Of a stretch of 64,000 nucleotides of DNA, positions 31,484-42,100 are shown piece after piece. The notes under the pieces are model-generated. The model had not been told where the DNA came from, searched no databases, and was given only the letters and a program-made list of their open reading frames with translations. Source of the stretch: Roseibacillus sp. (GTDB lineage Bacteria; Verrucomicrobiota; Verrucomicrobiia; Verrucomicrobiales; Akkermansiaceae); NCBI GenBank assembly GCA_051251855.1, contig JBPOGI010000002.1, positions 96,001 to 160,000 of the forward strand, in the 5' to 3' direction. Each line of letters starts with the position of its first letter. Positions within the stretch are counted from its first letter, which is position 1. Made by a program: the position numbers and the translations under genes.

Positions 31484-31639
31484 CTTTGGGAGGGGAGGGC
31501 TGATTGAAGGACGGCGGGCGCTGAATAGAAAACGAAGGGGCTTTTCGCTTGTTTTTAGGTCTGGATCTGTCACCACTGGCCTGTCGCCTCTGACTTTGGG
31601 GTCCCTTCGGACTCATGAAAGGAGGCGAGCACTGATATT

Positions 31640-31984
31640 ATGAAAATGTATGTGGGGAATATCCCCTTCTCGACCTCGGACGACGAATTGAAAGAACTCT
31701 TCGGCGAATTTGGTGAAGTCACTGACGTTCACATCCCTGAAGACCGCGAATCCGGGCGTCCCCGTGGCTTCGCATTTGTGACCATGGACACCAAAGATGC
31801 TATGGTAAGCGCTATCAAGGACCTTGATGGTGCTGAATTCGGAGGCCGCAATCTCCGTGTCAACGAAGCTAAGCCACGTGAAGACCGCGGAGGCGGTGGT
31901 GGTGGCGGTAGCCGTGGTGGCGACCGTGGTGGCCGTGGCGGAGACCGTGGCAATCGTGGCGGTGGCGGCGGTGATCGCTGGTAA
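31640..31984 (+). CDS. RRM RNA-binding protein with RGG tail
   Basis: MYVGNIPF (RNP2), RGFAFVTM (RNP1), Gly/Arg-rich tail. Confidence 0.95.
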   Translation: MKMYVGNIPFSTSDDELKELFGEFGEVTDVHIPEDRESGRPRGFAFVTMDTKDAMVSAIKDLDGAEFGGRNLRVNEAKPREDRGGGGGGGSRGGDRGGRGGDRGNRGGGGGDRW

Positions 31985-32016
31985 GCTATTGCTCCAATAA
32001 ACAATCTCTTTAAGAC

Positions 32017-32049
32017 AGGCTGGCCTCCATTTCGGATGCCAGCCTTTTT
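32017..32049 (+). terminator. Rho-independent terminator
   Basis: AGGCTGGC ... GCCAGCCT followed by TTTT. Confidence 0.75.
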
Positions 32050-32161
32050 CGTGTTTGTTGGAGGGAGGATTCTTGAGTTGGTAGTGCTTTGGGGAAATTG
32101 TTCCATGGTAGAATGACCTACCGTGGAGGCGAAGAGGATCACCGAGTGTTTTTTAACTAAC

Positions 32162-32231
32162 GGAGCGCGGATCTTCAGTCCGCCCCACTGCCATCGTTCT
32201 ACTGGTGGGGCTGACTAAAGAGCCGCGCTCC
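32162..32231. repeat. GGAG-type REP doublet hairpin
   Basis: GGAGCGCGGATCTTCAGTCCGCCCCAC ... GTGGGGCTGACTAAAGAGCCGCGCTCC. Confidence 0.7.
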
Positions 32232-32359
32232 ATTTCTTGTCCAGTAGCACTATCACTGCCGGGCGAAAACGAATCTCGCTTGGCGTGATGTGGGTGTGCA
32301 TTTCCTATCCAGTTAGGATGTTCGGATTGACTCTCACCACCCAGAGGGCTGCGCTGCAA

Positions 32360-33268
32360 TTAAATCGCAGCAGTCTCGGCGAGGGTGTAGAGGACGGCCT
32401 TTTGGGCGTGGAGGCGGTTTTCGGCTTGTTGGAAGATGACGTCGGCGTGCTGTTCGAGGACTTCTTCGGTGATTTCTTTCTCGCGATAGGCGGGGAGGCA
32501 GTGGAGGACGATGTGTCCGTCGGCAGCTCCGCTGAGGAGCTGGCTGTTCACTTGGTAGGGGCCGAAGAGGGCTTCCTTTTCGGTTTGTCCTTCTTGGCCC
32601 ATGGAGAGCCAGACGTCGGTATTGATGACGTGGGCACCCTTGACCGCTGCTTGCACATCTGTGGAAGCGGTGATGTTAGGGGCGGCAAGTTTTTCCATAA
32701 ATTCAGCAGGGGGCAGGTGCTCGGCAGGGCCAGCGACCGCAAGCTCGAATCCGAGGTGCTTGGCAGCCCACATCCAGGAGATGGTCATGTTGGAGAAGCC
32801 ATCGCCTACGAAGGCGACTTTTTTCCCTTCCCAGGTGCCGAGGCGCTCACGGATGGTGAGGAGGTCAGCGAGAATTTGGCAGGGATGCTCGTCATCAGTG
32901 AGAGCATTGATAGTTGGAATTTTGCCGTAGTCAGCGAACTGGACGACATCGTCTTGGGCAAAGGTCCGGATGATGGCGCCGTGCACCATGCGACCGAGGA
33001 CACGGGCGGTGTCCTTGATGGGTTCGCCGCGGCCGAGTTGAATGTCGTTCTTAGAGAGGAACATGGCAGTGCCACCGAGCTCGCCAATCCCGACTTCGAA
33101 GGAGACGCGGGTTCGGGTGGAAGCTTTCGTGAAAATAAGGGCCCAAGTTTGTCCGGCAAGGGGTTGGAACTCGTGGTTGCCACGGCGCGTCTTCATGTTG
33201 ACGGCGCGATCGACCAGCATATTGAGTTCTTGAGGTGCGAGTTCTTCGATGGACAACAGATGTTTCAT
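32360..33268 (-). CDS. argF: Ornithine carbamoyltransferase
   Basis: STRTR, HPCQ, DVWLSMG, HCLP, QAENRLH; ATG 33268. Confidence 0.95.
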   Translation of the reverse strand: MKHLLSIEELAPQELNMLVDRAVNMKTRRGNHEFQPLAGQTWALIFTKASTRTRVSFEVGIGELGGTAMFLSKNDIQLGRGEPIKDTARVLGRMVHGAIIRTFAQDDVVQFADYGKIPTINALTDDEHPCQILADLLTIRERLGTWEGKKVAFVGDGFSNMTISWMWAAKHLGFELAVAGPAEHLPPAEFMEKLAAPNITASTDVQAAVKGAHVINTDVWLSMGQEGQTEKEALFGPYQVNSQLLSGAADGHIVLHCLPAYREKEITEEVLEQHADVIFQQAENRLHAQKAVLYTLAETAAI

Positions 33269-33372
33269 GAGGAGAAAAAGGGAAGCGGGGAGCATGGCCG
33301 AGTCGGGAGGAAGAAGCAAGATTTAGCGACAAAGGACTTTTCGGGGCTGATGGAGTCGGGGAGACTGCTGAG

Positions 33373-34200
33373 GTGGTTACACGTTTTGCTCCTTCGCCGA
33401 CAGGCCGGCTTCATCTTGGTCATGCTTATTCGGCGTGGCTGGCTTGGGAGAGGGCGCAGGAGGCGTGTGGGCGATTTTTGCTGAGGTTTGAGGACATTGA
33501 TCACACGCGAGTGCGACCGGAGTTCTATGAGGGGATTGAGGGGGATTTGCGTTGGTTGGGGATGGCCTGGGAGGGGGAGCCGATGCGTCAATTGAACCGT
33601 TTGGGAGCTTATGAAGGGGCGCTGGATTCTTTGCGAGAGATGGGGCTGCTTTATCGTTGTTTTTGCACGCGGAAAGATTTGGCGGCGACGGCTCCTCAGG
33701 AGGGGGATGGGTTATCGGTGTATCAGGGAACTTGTCGTCACTTAGTGAAGGAGGAGGCCGATAGGCGTGAGGGCAAGGGGGTGGGGTATTCTTGGCGACT
33801 GGATATGGTGGCGGCAGCTGAGAGGGTGGGAGAGTTGACTTTTGAAGATGAGAGATCTGGACAGGTGAAGGTTGAGCCGCTGTTGTTGGGAGATCCCGTT
33901 TTGGCACGGAAGGATATCGCGACTTCGTATCATCTAGCGGTGGTGGTGGATGATGCTACGCAAGGAGTGACGGAGGTGACGCGAGGGGAAGATTTATTAG
34001 AGTCAACGCATATTCATCGCGTTTTGCAGGAGTTGTTAGGCTTTCCCGAGCCGAGGTATTTTCATCATCGATTGGTTGCGGACTCGGATGGAAAGCGACT
34101 GGCCAAGCGGCATGATTCACTTGCGATTGCGACGCTGCGTGATGAGGGGTGGAAGCCTGAGCAGGTGATTGCGGAGGCCAAGAAGTTGGGTGATTTGTAG
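33373..34200 (+). CDS. gluQ: tRNA glutamyl-Q(34) synthetase GluQ-RS
   Basis: RFAPSPTGRLHLGH, CFCTR, YHLAVVVDD, RGEDL, RLAKR; no anticodon-binding domain. Confidence 0.9.
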   Translation: MVTRFAPSPTGRLHLGHAYSAWLAWERAQEACGRFLLRFEDIDHTRVRPEFYEGIEGDLRWLGMAWEGEPMRQLNRLGAYEGALDSLREMGLLYRCFCTRKDLAATAPQEGDGLSVYQGTCRHLVKEEADRREGKGVGYSWRLDMVAAAERVGELTFEDERSGQVKVEPLLLGDPVLARKDIATSYHLAVVVDDATQGVTEVTRGEDLLESTHIHRVLQELLGFPEPRYFHHRLVADSDGKRLAKRHDSLAIATLRDEGWKPEQVIAEAKKLGDL

Positions 34201-34331
34201 CCGCTTTGGTGACAAAGCAGGCAGGGAGCGAGTAGTGAGTTCTCTCCTGTCCGAGTGGTCACCAACTTAGATCCGATAAGGAAAGGGTGGGGTCAGGTCT
34301 GTACCGCCCGAGTTGTTACCAACTCAGCTAC
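34197..34331. repeat. GTAG-type REP cluster
   Basis: GTAGCCGCTTTGGTGACAAAGC at the left, inverted GTAGCTGAGTTGGTAACAACTCGG at the right, a degenerate unit between. Confidence 0.7.
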
Positions 34332-34339
34332 GAAAAAGG

Positions 34340-35179
34340 TTAGCGGTCGGAGAAGCGGGCGCGGAGTCCGTGGACGACGAGGGTGGCGAGCTTGCGCGCT
34401 TTGGTGAGCTTGTAGCGGCGGTCGAAGACTCGGAATTGGTCGTCCTCCATCTTTTCTAACAGTCGCTGATAGAGGGACCGCATGATTTCTGCTGCCATGA
34501 GAGGTTGGCGGTCGGAGAGAGGGAGTGCTTCGAGAGCTTCAGAAAAGAGGTGGTTAGCGCGCTCCGCTTGGTATCTCATCATGGCTGTGAAGCGGTCGTC
34601 GTAGATGCGGGCAACCAAGTCTGCCTCGGTGTAGTTGAAGCGGGCGAGATCTTCGAGAGGGAGGTAGATGCGGTTGCCATTATCGAGATCTTCGCCGACA
34701 TCACGTAGAATATTGGTGAGCTGCAGAGCGTGCCCTAATTTTTCGGCGTAGGGTCCGGCATCAGGATGCTTGGCTCCAAAGAGGGGCAGGCAAACGAGCC
34801 CAACGGTGGAGGCGACACGATGGGTGTAGGTTTGGAGTTCTTCCCAAGTTTGAAAGCGCTGGGGCTCCAAGTCCATGCGGCATCCCTCGATGAGGTCGAG
34901 AAAGTGTTGGCTGGAGATATCGTGCTTATCGCGGAGCGCGAGGACGGCGGATTCGAGAGGCGGTGGGTCGCTTATCTTGCCGAGAAAGAGGTTTTCCCAA
35001 TGTTCGAGACCTTGTGATTTTACTTCAGGAGAGGTGTCGAGATCGTCGGCGATGTCGTCAATCACGCGACAGAAGGCATAAAAGATAGTGACGTCGTCCC
35101 GGTTTTCTTTGGGGAGGCTAAGGAGGGCGAAGGCTAAGTTAGACTTCGCTTTGCGTGTGATTTCTTGAGCTTCAGACAA
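34340..35179 (-). CDS. Squalene/phytoene synthase family (HpnD-like)
   Basis: YAFCRVIDDIAD, RVASTVG, LQLTNILRDVGED..RIYLP. Confidence 0.88.
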   Translation of the reverse strand: MSEAQEITRKAKSNLAFALLSLPKENRDDVTIFYAFCRVIDDIADDLDTSPEVKSQGLEHWENLFLGKISDPPPLESAVLALRDKHDISSQHFLDLIEGCRMDLEPQRFQTWEELQTYTHRVASTVGLVCLPLFGAKHPDAGPYAEKLGHALQLTNILRDVGEDLDNGNRIYLPLEDLARFNYTEADLVARIYDDRFTAMMRYQAERANHLFSEALEALPLSDRQPLMAAEIMRSLYQRLLEKMEDDQFRVFDRRYKLTKARKLATLVVHGLRARFSDR

Positions 35180-35233
35180 AAGGAAACGGAGAATTTGGAG
35201 TTCTAGCTAAACAGGCGGAGAGAAGGAGCTTCG

Positions 35234-36496
35234 TTAGCGAATGAATCCGAAATTTTCGAAGGGCCAGAGAGTGAAGAGGCCCGGGCCGACGAGGAGATAC
35301 TCGTCAATGGTGCCCCAGTATCGGGAGTCGGATGAGTTCGCGGAGTTGTCTCCCATTGCAAAGTAAAGATCGTCACCCAAGGTCAAGGTCTCTCGAGGAT
35401 TACGCAAGAAATTGCCACCACTGGGATGGAAGTAGCCATCGTAGTCTCCTTTTTTGGAAGCCACATTTTTGAATCCCGATTCGACGGCGAGTTTGCCGTT
35501 GTGCCAAAGGAAGGGGGCTTCGAGGCGCAGCTCATCACCTGGCACACCAGCGAGACGCTTGATGTAGTGGGAGCCGGCTTCCTGGTCCCTCATGCGTGCT
35601 TCGGATTGAATCTGCTTAATACCTCTGGTTTCAAAGACGAAGACTTCGCCACGTTTGGGGGTGCGGAAGTGATAGGAGAACTTGTCGACGAGGACGAGGT
35701 CTCCGGTATCAACCCATCCTTGAGCGAGAATCTGGCCTTTTTTGACAGGGAATTTCTTGGGTGCTCGCACGCCTTGCTGCCTGGCTTGGTCGGAGTTCAA
35801 GAACATATAGTGGACTCCGTGCGCTCCTTGGTTGGAGTAGAAGTCGAGGTTTTTTCCAAGACCTAAGCCGTTGACGATGGCGTTTTGAGAGCCGTTGAGG
35901 GTGATCTTGTCCCCGCTCGAGAGGACGATGTCTGTCTTGGTAAAAAACCACATCCAGCGTCGTTCTTGCACCGCGACGATTTCGGCGTCGGCAGGGGCGA
36001 CGGCTTTGACGTAGGTGCGTCCTTGGGTGACTTTCTTAAAGCCTTGGGTGATGATGTTAGGCTTTTTCCACTCTTTATCGAGAGGCTCTTGATGGCCGAC
36101 GATCCCGTTGAGGGTGGGCTGCATGGAGCCAGTGGGAATGCGGAAGGGCTGAATGTAGTAAGCGCGAATACCGAGTGCGACGGCGATGGCGACGAAGAAG
36201 ACTTCCAAGTTGTCAGCGAGGGCGTCAGGTGGGCGATAAGATTTGAGGGAGTGCTCGCAGGTGCCTTGCAGCTGCTTGCATGCTTCTTTAACTCCGCCTT
36301 GGTCGCGCTTGGCGATGACTTCTTTGAGGTCCTTGATGCGAGAGGTAATCTCGTCGACACGGTCGGTCTCGAGGAGATCGCGCTTGTAGTGAAGAAATTT
36401 CTGACCGCCCTTGAGGGTGCCGAGGGCTTCTTTCTTCCACTTGGGTTTCCAGAAAAAATCCGGAATCAGAGTGAGGATATCAACGACATTAATCAC
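35234..36496 (-). CDS. lepB: Signal peptidase I with N-terminal helical extension
   Basis: IPTGSMQPTL, GDLVLVDK, YIKRLAGVPGD, MGDNSANSSDSRYWG. Confidence 0.92.
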   Translation of the reverse strand: MINVVDILTLIPDFFWKPKWKKEALGTLKGGQKFLHYKRDLLETDRVDEITSRIKDLKEVIAKRDQGGVKEACKQLQGTCEHSLKSYRPPDALADNLEVFFVAIAVALGIRAYYIQPFRIPTGSMQPTLNGIVGHQEPLDKEWKKPNIITQGFKKVTQGRTYVKAVAPADAEIVAVQERRWMWFFTKTDIVLSSGDKITLNGSQNAIVNGLGLGKNLDFYSNQGAHGVHYMFLNSDQARQQGVRAPKKFPVKKGQILAQGWVDTGDLVLVDKFSYHFRTPKRGEVFVFETRGIKQIQSEARMRDQEAGSHYIKRLAGVPGDELRLEAPFLWHNGKLAVESGFKNVASKKGDYDGYFHPSGGNFLRNPRETLTLGDDLYFAMGDNSANSSDSRYWGTIDEYLLVGPGLFTLWPFENFGFIR

Positions 36497-36579
36497 GGGC
36501 TCTAGTTGAGCGTGAAGGGAGAAAGGAGCAAGGATTTTATGGCGCTGCCTATGTCGTCGAAATTGAGGGGGAAGTCGGC

Positions 36580-37938
36580 TTAACTCCCATAAATTCCGGG
36601 TTCAACTGCACCGCTGTCGTTGAACTCGGCTTGTCCTTTGATATTTACTCCTTTAGCAAAGGTGACTTGACCAGAAATGGCGAGGCTATCGGCTTCAATG
36701 AGAGAGGGTACGGTGCCGAGGAGTTCGAGCGAGTCGACGAGCTTGTATTCGCCGGAAAGCTTGACGACAGGCGGTTTTCCGGCGCGAGAAGGGACGAGGC
36801 CAACACTGCCGTCGGGGCGCTTTTCGTAGGCATCACTGCGGAGGGAAAAGAGGTCGGCGGTGGTTTTGACGGGGGCAAAGCGTGAGCGCGGGACTTCGAC
36901 TGCCATGGCGCCGTCGAAGCACTCGATGGCCGCACCCATCGCGGTTTCGAGTTGCCATACGGGGGTGGATTCCTTGTCGCGAGGGTCGACGGTTTTTGAA
37001 TTCTGAATAACGGGGAGGGGGAGAACGCCTTGGGAGGCATCGAGTGCTTCTTTGAGGGCGGGGAGATTGAGCCAGAGGTTGTTCGTGTTAAAGAACTGAT
37101 GTTGGTCGATGTTTTGGAAGGCATCGAGGTCGGCTTCGGGGCATTGGGCGACTTCGCGGAGGACGAGTCGGTCGTCACTTTTACGGATAGCGAGATGGCC
37201 ACCTTTTTTGTCGGCCTCGGTGCGGCGGGTGACTTCCATGACGAAGGGGGCACCGCTTTTTGCAAACCAGTTGAGGAGGCCGGCATCGAGGGTGGCTCCG
37301 AGATTGTCGCTGTTGGAAACGAAGGCGTATTTAATACCATCGGCTAGAAGACGGTCGAGCCAGCCGCTGCCAGCAAGGGCGGGGTAGAGGTCACCGTGAC
37401 CGGGTGGGCACCATTCATGGTCGGGATCGGATGCCCAAGTGACGGGGGCCATGGTGGCGGCGTCGATTTTGGGGACTTTGTTTTGAAGCATCTCGACATC
37501 TTCGCCATCGAGAGCGCCGCCTGAGAGTGCGGCCAAGGTGTCTTCGCTGGTGGAAAACGAGTTCATCAGGAGGAAGCGCACTTGAGCTCCGGTCTGAGTG
37601 CGCAGGGTGGCGATTTGCTGGGCAATGAGGTCGAGGAAGGTCTCGCCGTCTTTGACTTCGAGGAGACTTTTCGCTTTTTGAAGACCCATCCCAGTACCGA
37701 GTCCTCCGTTGAGTTTTAGGACCACGGTCTCGGCGAGGTGCTGAGCATTCCAGTCGGGGTGTTCACTGGCGACGCTTAAATAGTTGGGAACATTGGTTGC
37801 GGGCTGGAGGGTTTCTTCGTCCATGAGGCCCTTTTCGCCAGCACTGAGAAGGTTGAAGCCGCGTTCGAAGGCTCCAATGGCAGCTTCACCTAGGCCAGCA
37901 GCTTCCATCTTGTTACGAAAAGGAGAAAAGTCGTTCAT
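36580..37938 (-). CDS. UTP--glucose-1-phosphate uridylyltransferase, eukaryote-type (PF01704)
   Basis: LKLNGGLGTGMGLQKAKS, LLMNSFST, WCPPGHGD, SNSDNLGA, QLETAMG, RFAPVK. Confidence 0.92.
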   Translation of the reverse strand: MNDFSPFRNKMEAAGLGEAAIGAFERGFNLLSAGEKGLMDEETLQPATNVPNYLSVASEHPDWNAQHLAETVVLKLNGGLGTGMGLQKAKSLLEVKDGETFLDLIAQQIATLRTQTGAQVRFLLMNSFSTSEDTLAALSGGALDGEDVEMLQNKVPKIDAATMAPVTWASDPDHEWCPPGHGDLYPALAGSGWLDRLLADGIKYAFVSNSDNLGATLDAGLLNWFAKSGAPFVMEVTRRTEADKKGGHLAIRKSDDRLVLREVAQCPEADLDAFQNIDQHQFFNTNNLWLNLPALKEALDASQGVLPLPVIQNSKTVDPRDKESTPVWQLETAMGAAIECFDGAMAVEVPRSRFAPVKTTADLFSLRSDAYEKRPDGSVGLVPSRAGKPPVVKLSGEYKLVDSLELLGTVPSLIEADSLAISGQVTFAKGVNIKGQAEFNDSGAVEPGIYGS

Positions 37939-38072
37939 CGAGGATGGGAATAACAGTCTGGGACGAGGTTTCAAGGATCCTTAGGTCGGTATTTTTCGGA
38001 AGGGAATGTATTTCATGCGAAGGGTCATTTGGCGTTTGCCAATCGGGTTTTGAAAACAAAGACTGCGGCCCT

Positions 38073-38711
38073 ATGTCAGAGGAAGATAAAGCTCCGAAGA
38101 AGGCTGCTCGTAAGCGTGTGGTTAAGAAAGGAGTGCGTGGTACGCGGGCTCCGCGTAAGAAGACCATCGTCAAGAAGGAGGAGAGCTCTGTGGATACCAC
38201 TGAGATTGAGGGTGATGAGGCTTTCGACGATGAGAATGAGATTACCTATTCCTTGGAGACAGGGGAAGCTGCTGAGGCGGTGAAGGAAATTGAGGTGGTG
38301 AAAGAAGAGGAAGCCCCTCGGAAGAAGAAAGACTCTGAGAAGGGGAAGTCCGAGAAGGGTGAGCGCAAAAAGGACCGTCCACGCAAAGAGAAGTCTTCAG
38401 ACGATTCTAGAGAGGATGATTCTGAGGAAGACTCGGATGATGAGGGCGACGATCGGAAGGATGGCCGTAATCGCCGAGGTGGTCGCAACCGTCGAGGAGG
38501 TAATTCTCGCGAGCGCGAGGATTCGGGTTCGAAGCGGGCTCCCGTGGATAAAGAGGAAGCTGCGGCGAAGGCTTGGGAAATCTATCAAGGCGAGTTGGAA
38601 GAAGAGGGAGTGTCTCTCGTTGATCCACGTCGCGCTCGTGAAGTGGCACGCCGATGCTTGGAACTGGCTACTATTTTCTGCGAAGAGCGCGACCGCTATC
38701 TGGAGCGCTAA
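38073..38711 (+). CDS. Hypothetical highly charged low-complexity protein with helical C-terminus
   Basis: Open frame with alternating Lys/Arg and Asp/Glu blocks; ATG 38073 chosen as start. Confidence 0.7.
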   Translation: MSEEDKAPKKAARKRVVKKGVRGTRAPRKKTIVKKEESSVDTTEIEGDEAFDDENEITYSLETGEAAEAVKEIEVVKEEEAPRKKKDSEKGKSEKGERKKDRPRKEKSSDDSREDDSEEDSDDEGDDRKDGRNRRGGRNRRGGNSREREDSGSKRAPVDKEEAAAKAWEIYQGELEEEGVSLVDPRRAREVARRCLELATIFCEERDRYLER

Positions 38712-39195
38712 GCGATTTCCTAGTCTTGTCTCCCATTTCGAAGATTTTGATTTGGGTTGAATCTCTGGCTTCTGGTTTGCTAGTCAGGCTGGCGATTTGT
38801 GCCTTTATATTCGAACGAGGGCAACAGTGACGGCAGCGAAAAAGGCGCGTCTCAGCTTGTTACTGAAAGTTCGAGAGGGTGGAGACATCATGTTGTCTCT
38901 CAGGCCCAGATTTGATGTTTTTTGTAGGGGGCTCCCCTAAGAGCTCATGCAGAGAAGGTTAAGGGGCATTCTGAGTCAAAAATAGAATGACCGGAGGCCG
39001 CTCGACGAGTGGCCAACGCAGAAATACGTTAAAGATTTGAGGCTCTTTCATGGGTTTCTTGGTCTTTTATCATAGCCGAGACGGGAGAAACGCTCTACGA
39101 ATAGGGTCCTCAAAAGATAATTTTGACGCTGTAAAAGGAGGAGCCGACTCTCGTTTTTTCCCTTTGAGGCACTAAAAAACCACTGATAAGAAACC

Positions 39196-42100
39196 ATGAA
39201 AATAAAACCACTATCGCTGATTTGCGCTGCGGGAGGATTCCTCCCGTTTAGCCTATTAGCTCAATATGATGCCGACCTCCTTGGTTACTGGCAGTTCGAG
39301 GGAGACCTTACAGAAGATTCAGGAGCAGGTGTCCATGATGGAACGGCCTTCGGAACCGTCGCCTACGCGGCTGGACCAACGGCTGCCTTTGGACAATCTG
39401 TTTCATTTCCTGCCGCAGATGCAGCTGCCGTACCACCTGTCGATCCCAGTGGAGTGATCGTCGATAATACAAAAAGCAGTGAGCTCGGTTACGTCAATAC
39501 CTTCGATGATGGCATTTCTGATGCCCTTTCCATCTCCTTCTGGGCAAGTGGCCTTCCCGGCAACTGGTCTCCCTTTATTTCGAAAAGAGGAGAGGATAAT
39601 CTGGGCTACCAAGTCCGTAGGCATTCGACCACGCCCAACGCTACTTTTACCCTTAGGGGTACTGACGGGGAGGAAGATCCTCAGGGGTCAATTGACATCT
39701 CGACTGGGCAACCCGTTTGGACACACTACGCCGCTACTTGGAATGGTGTCACCGGCGAGCGCCGTCTTTATGTGAACGGAGTGGAAGATACCGCCGTTTC
39801 TCAGAGCGCAGATTTCATTTCCGGCACCGCTGGCCAAGGTCCTGATCTTGCCACAGACAATTGGCTCACCTTCGGTATGCGTCACCGAGAGCCCACCACT
39901 CCCACTGTTTTTCAAAACTTCTTTGCGGGAGATATGGATGACATTGCGATTTGGAATCGTGAAATCAGTAGTACTGAAGCCTTCCAACTTGCACAGGCTC
40001 CGCTTGACGACATTTTGCTCGAGACGGACGCGGACGGAGACGGCCTCTTCGCTTCTCAGGAGGCGGCCTTTGGTACCTCAGATGATCCAGCTGATGCCAA
40101 TTCCAACGATTTTGATGGCGATGGTGTGAGTGACTACGACGAATTCGTAAAAGGCGGCGATGGCGCCAATGACGATGACTTTGACATGGATGGTCTCACT
40201 AATCTTCAAGAGACTTCTGGCTCAGCCAACCCTTGGACTTCAGGCGTGAGTGGCGCAACACCAGGAGAGACTACTGACTGGTGTGTCGCGGACTCTGATG
40301 GCGATGGCATCGACGATGGTGAAGAGGTTGTTGCGGGTGTTGACGGTTTTGTGACCGATCCCAACAGCAGAGATACCGATGGCGATGGCTTTGCTGACGG
40401 TGCGGAGCTTGCGGAGGGTTCCGACCCCACAGATGCGAACTCTCTCCCTCCCATCACCACTGGACTGGTCGGCTATTGGGAATTTGAAAATGACCTCGTT
40501 GAAACATCAGGCGAGCATGCTCCAGGTACTCATGATGGTGCCACCACGGACGGATTCCCAGCGGAATTCGGCACAGGCCCCACTGTATTGGATGAAGGAG
40601 TCCTCGGCGATTTCGGAAGTTCCTTGAACACAGTCGCGGAGGGCACCAGCTATGGTGTCTACGTTCTTGGGTCCAATGCCCAAGAGACAGCAGGCTACGT
40701 CGATACTTTCGACGCTGGAATTGGCAACGAATTCACGGTGTCTCTCTGGGCGAAAGGCTGGCCTGGGGCTAACTGGGATCCGTTCATCTCCAAACGAGGA
40801 GAAACCAATCAAGGTTTTCAAATCCGGAGACGCGGAAATACCACTAATGCAACCTTCACCTTGCGCCAGACTTTAGGAGAGGATGACCCCAATGTCGGCA
40901 ACAACGCGGGAGGTGGCCAAACAGGCACAACCGGCGTTCCTGTCTGGAAGCACTACCTCGGGACTTGGAATGGCACTACGGGAGAAAGAAAGCTCTATGT
41001 GGATGGAGTTCTCTCCTTCACGATCACGGGTGACTTTGAGACTGGTGCTGGGGTGAGCGCTGCTACCAACTATTGGATGACCTTTGGAAGCCGCCACAAC
41101 AATGCCGACTTCACTCCTACTGAAGGGGACGTAAACGGTATTTTCAGTAACCTCTCATTCGAGGGTGAGCTCGATGACATCGCCTTCTGGCATCGCGAGT
41201 TGAAACCTACTGAGGCCGCTCAATTGAGCACCGCGCCTCTGTCCTTCATTCTCACTCAAACGGATGCGGATGCGGACGGACTCTTTGCTACTCAGGAAGC
41301 CGAGTTCGGCACCTCTGACAATGACTCTGATTCCGATGATGATGGCATTGATGATTTGGCAGAGTTCCTGAAGGGCAGTGACGGTGCCGTCGATGATGAC
41401 CCTGACATGGACGGCCTCCTGAACTCCCAAGAGAGTTCAGGTTCAGCGAACCCGTTTGTCGCTGGTGTCAATGTGGGGCTTCCTGGAACAGAGACCACCG
41501 ACTGGTGTGTTGCTGACTCGGATAACGACGGCATCAACGACGGCGATGAGGTTGGTTCTGTGAATGGCTTTGTGACCGACCCGAACAATGCAGACACTGA
41601 CGGTGACGGCTTCTCGGACGGCGCTGAGCTGGCTGCGACTCCTCCAACGGATCCACTGGATCCCCTGAGCAAAGGAACCGACTGGGAAAAAGGTCTCTGC
41701 GGTTACTGGCAGTTCGACGACGACCTCACTGATAGCGGGGTTCTCGGATTGGACGGTATCATGCAAGGTCTCGACACTACTGAAACCTATGCAACCGGTC
41801 AGTTTGGCAGCGCCATTGACTTCGACAAGCTCAACGAGCAGCGCGTGCAGATCACCGGAAATGAGAACCTCCTCGACGGCACTGGCAGCGACTTCACTGT
41901 TTCTGCTTGGGTTCAAATCGATGCCTTTGACCAGAACTGGCAGGCGATTATCTCCAAAGGAGACGAACCCACCGACTGGCGTCTAGCGAGATATAATAAT
42001 TCCAATGGACCTGCCTTTGTTGGCGGTAACGCAGATGTCCCGGGTAACGGGGATGGCGCGGCTAACACGGCAACTGCCAACCTACATCCCGTTAACGACG

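Noticed and set aside
31890..31980. GGTGGC/GACCGTGG repeats
   Set aside because: They simply encode the RGG tail of the RRM protein
32232..32359. Possible tRNA or ncRNA (including tRNA-Sec) in this or other intergenic regions
   Set aside because: No cloverleaf, T-loop or anticodon arm recognised by eye; tRNAscan-SE or Infernal would be needed to exclude it
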